A DNA stretch of 64,000 nt from Leptolyngbyaceae cyanobacterium. Its GTDB lineage: Bacteria; Cyanobacteriota; Cyanobacteriia; Phormidesmidales; Phormidesmidaceae. The notes below the pieces were generated by a model. The model did no database searches. It was not told where the DNA came from and saw only the letters and a program-made list of their open reading frames with translations. Positions within the stretch are counted from its first letter, which is position 1, and each line of letters starts with the position of its first letter. The translations under genes and the position numbers were made by a program. Shown piece by piece: positions 60,816 through 64,000 of the stretch. Where the stretch lies: NCBI GenBank assembly GCA_965263355.1, contig CBDHHL010000056.1:800001-864000 (forward strand), read 5' to 3'.

Positions 60816-62045
60816 ATGAATATCCTTTTTCTACATCAAAATTTTCCTGCCCAGTTTCGTCATCTCGCCGCGAACTTGGCAAAAGACCCTAGCAATACAG
60901 TTATTTTTGGTACTACCCGTAAAAACGGTTCGATGGCTGGAGTAAAGAAGGTCATCTATCAACCTAGCCGAAAACCTCACCCCGACGTTCATTATTATGT
61001 GCGTCCCTTAGAAAGTGCCGTACTGGAAGGTCAGGCGGTGTATCGAGTTGCTTGCCAGCTGAAAGAAAAACTCAAGTTTGAGCCGGACATTGTCTATGCC
61101 CATTCTGGTTGGGGACCGGGTCTATTTATGAAAGACCTATTTCCCAATTCCCAATGCCTTGGTTTTTTTGAATGGTTTTACCATGCCCATGGGAGTGATG
61201 CTGACTTTGACCCAGCGTTTCCTTGTAATGAGGAACTAGAAGCTAAACTGCGGATTCGTAATGCGACGATTTTGCTTGATCTGTATAGTTGCGATCGCGG
61301 CCTCACCCCCACCCATTGGCAACAGCAACAATTTCCATCGGAGTATCACAGCAAACTAACCGTTTGTCACGATGGCATCGACACTAGTTTCTTTCACCCT
61401 AAACCCAATGCCAAACTAGTGATTGAACCAACCACCCCCATTGCCTGTGCGTCTCCCCTAGACTTATCTGAGGTAGATGAGATTGTGACCTATGTGGCCA
61501 GAGGCATGGAACCCTATCGCGGCTTTCCCCAGTTTCTGCAAGTAGTGGCACAGTTGCAAAAGCATCGTCCCCATTGTCATGCAGTGGTTGTGGGAGAAGA
61601 TCGCGTGGCCTATGGTTCCCCGCGCAAAGATGGCAAAACCTATCGAGAACATATGCTAGAGACGCTCGATTTAGATTTGACCCGGCTTCATTTTACCGGC
61701 CATTTGTCCTATAAACAGTATCTGAGCGTACTACAAGCCTCATCGGTCCATGTTTATCTGACGTACCCCTTTGTCTTATCCTGGTCTATGTTAGAAGCCT
61801 TATCAACCGGATGCGTAGTTGTCGGCTCTAACACACAGCCAGTTAAAGAAGTTATTCAGGATGGTGTCAATGGCATACTGGTGGACTTTTTTGATGTAGA
61901 GGCCATCACTGAGAAGGTGAATGACGTTTTGGATCACCCCGAACAAATGCAGGCCATTAGGGAACAGGCAAGACAAACCATTATCGATAACTACGATTTA
62001 GATAAGTTATTGAGGATCCATTTGAATTGGATGCGAGGCGAGTAA
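60816..62045 (+). CDS. Glycosyltransferase family 4
   Basis: FLHQNFPAQFRHLA, HSGWG, RGMEPYRGFPQF, YLTYPFVLSWSMLEA. Confidence 0.9.
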   Translation: MNILFLHQNFPAQFRHLAANLAKDPSNTVIFGTTRKNGSMAGVKKVIYQPSRKPHPDVHYYVRPLESAVLEGQAVYRVACQLKEKLKFEPDIVYAHSGWGPGLFMKDLFPNSQCLGFFEWFYHAHGSDADFDPAFPCNEELEAKLRIRNATILLDLYSCDRGLTPTHWQQQQFPSEYHSKLTVCHDGIDTSFFHPKPNAKLVIEPTTPIACASPLDLSEVDEIVTYVARGMEPYRGFPQFLQVVAQLQKHRPHCHAVVVGEDRVAYGSPRKDGKTYREHMLETLDLDLTRLHFTGHLSYKQYLSVLQASSVHVYLTYPFVLSWSMLEALSTGCVVVGSNTQPVKEVIQDGVNGILVDFFDVEAITEKVNDVLDHPEQMQAIREQARQTIIDNYDLDKLLRIHLNWMRGE

Positions 62046-62068
62046 ACGGCACGAGGAGACAACAGCGC

Positions 62069-63352
62069 CTAGTCCAACAGTGGTAATGTAAGGATAAAGT
62101 CTGTCCCTACCCCCATTTGGGAGCGAAATGTAAGTTCTCCCTGATGTTCTTGGGTCACAATCGCATGGGAAATCGCTAAACCCAGCCCAGTGCCTTTACC
62201 AACCGGCTTAGTTGTAAAAAACTGATCAAAGATCCGTTGTTGAATATCTTTTGGAATACCCGCCCCACTGTCCGCAATGGTAATCACTGCCTGCCCATTG
62301 GCCAGGGCCGTTGAAATTTCTAATGAAGGCTGTTCTGCTTCCAGTTCTTTGGATGATAATGCCGAGCATTTATCATCAATGGCGTCGATCGCATTAGCTA
62401 TCAAGTTCATAAACACCTGATTGAGCTTGCCAGGGTAGCACCTCACTAAGGGTAACGGCCCATACTTCTTAGTGACGTTGATGGCAGGTCGCTTTTGTTG
62501 TGCCTTAAGCCGATTCTGCAGGATCATCAACGTACTATCCAGCCCCTCGTGGAGCGCAGCAGGCTTTCTTTCAGGCTCATCTATCCGTGAGAACAGCTGG
62601 AGTGAGCGAACAATTTTTTCGATCCGCTCCGTACCCACTATCATAGAATTTAAAAGACGAGGAAAGTCTTGCCGGATATACTCAATTTCAATCTCTCTAG
62701 AATAGGCAGCTATTTCCGCTGAGGGTGATGTCGTATGCTTTTCATATAAGCGAATCAACTCTAAAAGAGCATTAGAATAATCTATGGCCGGTTCTAAATT
62801 GCCACAAATGAAACTGACCGGATTATTAATCTCATGGGCGATGCCAGCTACCAGCTGACCTAGGGCTGCCATCTTCGCTTCTTGTACCAATTGCGCCTGA
62901 GCTTGACGCAACGTTAGGTGAACTCTGATGCGGGCTAAGGTCTCTTCATGTTCAATGGGTTTAGTAATATAGTCTACAGCGCCCAAACTAAGGCCTCTAA
63001 CTTTGTTGGCCGTATCCGATAGAGCCGTCATAAATAGAATAGGAATATTCTTCGTGTTTGGATCAGCCTTGAGGCGAGTACATACCTCAAATCCGTCCAT
63101 GTCAGGCATCATAATATCTAGCAAAATCAAGTCTGGACTTGTTCGAGACACTTTTTTGAGAGCGCTTTTTCCACTCTTGGCAATTGAGACACGATAGTTG
63201 TTGCAACTTAACAGATCACAGAGTACTTTGACATTATTAGGATTGTCATCAATGACTAGGATTGACTGTTGTTCGTTGGGCTCGCTATTGTCTGCTCCAG
63301 ACTGAGTTAGGGATTGGGAAACCTGGGATAGATCTCTTTCGTGTGAGGTCAC
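62069..63352 (-). CDS. Hybrid receiver-histidine kinase
   Basis: REC LDIMMPDMDG; AHEINNP, NLIANAIDA, DSGAGI, GTGLGL. Confidence 0.93.
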   Translation of the reverse strand: MTSHERDLSQVSQSLTQSGADNSEPNEQQSILVIDDNPNNVKVLCDLLSCNNYRVSIAKSGKSALKKVSRTSPDLILLDIMMPDMDGFEVCTRLKADPNTKNIPILFMTALSDTANKVRGLSLGAVDYITKPIEHEETLARIRVHLTLRQAQAQLVQEAKMAALGQLVAGIAHEINNPVSFICGNLEPAIDYSNALLELIRLYEKHTTSPSAEIAAYSREIEIEYIRQDFPRLLNSMIVGTERIEKIVRSLQLFSRIDEPERKPAALHEGLDSTLMILQNRLKAQQKRPAINVTKKYGPLPLVRCYPGKLNQVFMNLIANAIDAIDDKCSALSSKELEAEQPSLEISTALANGQAVITIADSGAGIPKDIQQRIFDQFFTTKPVGKGTGLGLAISHAIVTQEHQGELTFRSQMGVGTDFILTLPLLD

Positions 63353-63999
63353 TCCACTTCACCTCCCAGGTTATCGATGAGATAGGGCTCAATCAAGTCG
63401 ACAATGGCTTCATCATCTAGATCGTCTACAAATGCCAAGATTTTATTCGCAAAGGCTCTATGCTGAGATAGCAACTGCTCTGCAATGGCTTTGGCGTCTA
63501 AGATATAGCCTGATACAGCGACGTCATATAGCTTTTTGAGTATCGATAGTGATGGTAGTGCATTTTTTTCTGAGAACTCAACAGTCATGCCCTTGTCGTT
63601 ATCGAAGCATTCGGTTGGCTCGTGTATCCAGGTCAGATGTAGATATTGCTGCACATAGTCTAATAAATCGTCTATTTGGATTGGTTTTGGGAGGAAGTCG
63701 TCACAACCCGCTGCGTAACTTTGTTGTCGATCAAAATCAAAGACACTGGCAGAAGAGGCAATAATTGGTATTGCTTTACTTCTATAAGCGTCTCTCAGCT
63801 GTTGAACCATCTCAAATCCATTCATCACCGGCATGACCAAATCTGTAATGATTAAATCTGGCAAATGAATAGCAACTTGCTCTAAACCAGCTTTTCCATG
63901 CTCGGCTTCTGTAATTTCAAATCCTAAAGGACCGAGCAGATTTGTTAAGACAGCTCTATTTTCCCAGCGGTCGTCAACGATTAGAATAGTTTTGCGATC
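63349..63999 (-). CDS. C-terminal receiver region of a probable hybrid sensor kinase (5' truncated by window)
   Basis: Frame is open to the edge: ILIVDDRWENR..PDLIITDLVMPVMNG..FLPKP. Confidence 0.85.
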   Translation of the reverse strand, partial: DRKTILIVDDRWENRAVLTNLLGPLGFEITEAEHGKAGLEQVAIHLPDLIITDLVMPVMNGFEMVQQLRDAYRSKAIPIIASSASVFDFDRQQSYAAGCDDFLPKPIQIDDLLDYVQQYLHLTWIHEPTECFDNDKGMTVEFSEKNALPSLSILKKLYDVAVSGYILDAKAIAEQLLSQHRAFANKILAFVDDLDDEAIVDLIEPYLIDNLGGEVE

Positions 64000-64000
64000 G

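Overview
Chromosomal DNA of a cyanobacterium: about 18 HIP1 octamers (GCGATCGC) counted by eye, plus PAM68, a HetZ-related gene, hmpF and XisH/XisI. A filamentous Leptolyngbya-like host is plausible but is inference. Housekeeping genes: rpsO, glcD, hpf, lipB, argH, an SSB paralogue and a mannose-1-P guanylyltransferase/phosphomannomutase fusion. The main block (5.8-27.8 kb) carries wzm/wzt, a complete pseudaminic acid pathway (pseB, C, F, G-H fusion, I) with methylase, formyltransferase and deacetylase tailoring genes, a KpsS-like candidate transferase, four glycosyltransferases, a priming sugar transferase and a large O-antigen-ligase/TPR-like protein converging on the type IV pilin gene. Past glcD lies the Hmp (Pil-Chp) chemosensory locus hmpA-E with hmpF. 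Best candidate new system: O-glycosylation of cyanobacterial pilin with a modified, possibly N-formyl, pseudaminic acid glycan from an exchangeable AT-rich cassette. Non-coding finds: a 59-60 bp hairpin repeat (3 copies, compensatory changes), GTAG-type REP palindromes, a Uma2 pseudogene between wzm and wzt, tandem repeats inside the CheA gene, and a hairpin cluster near 60.3-60.6 kb. No rRNA, tRNA, CRISPR array or intact transposase was seen. All calls are motif recognition by eye; no searches were run.
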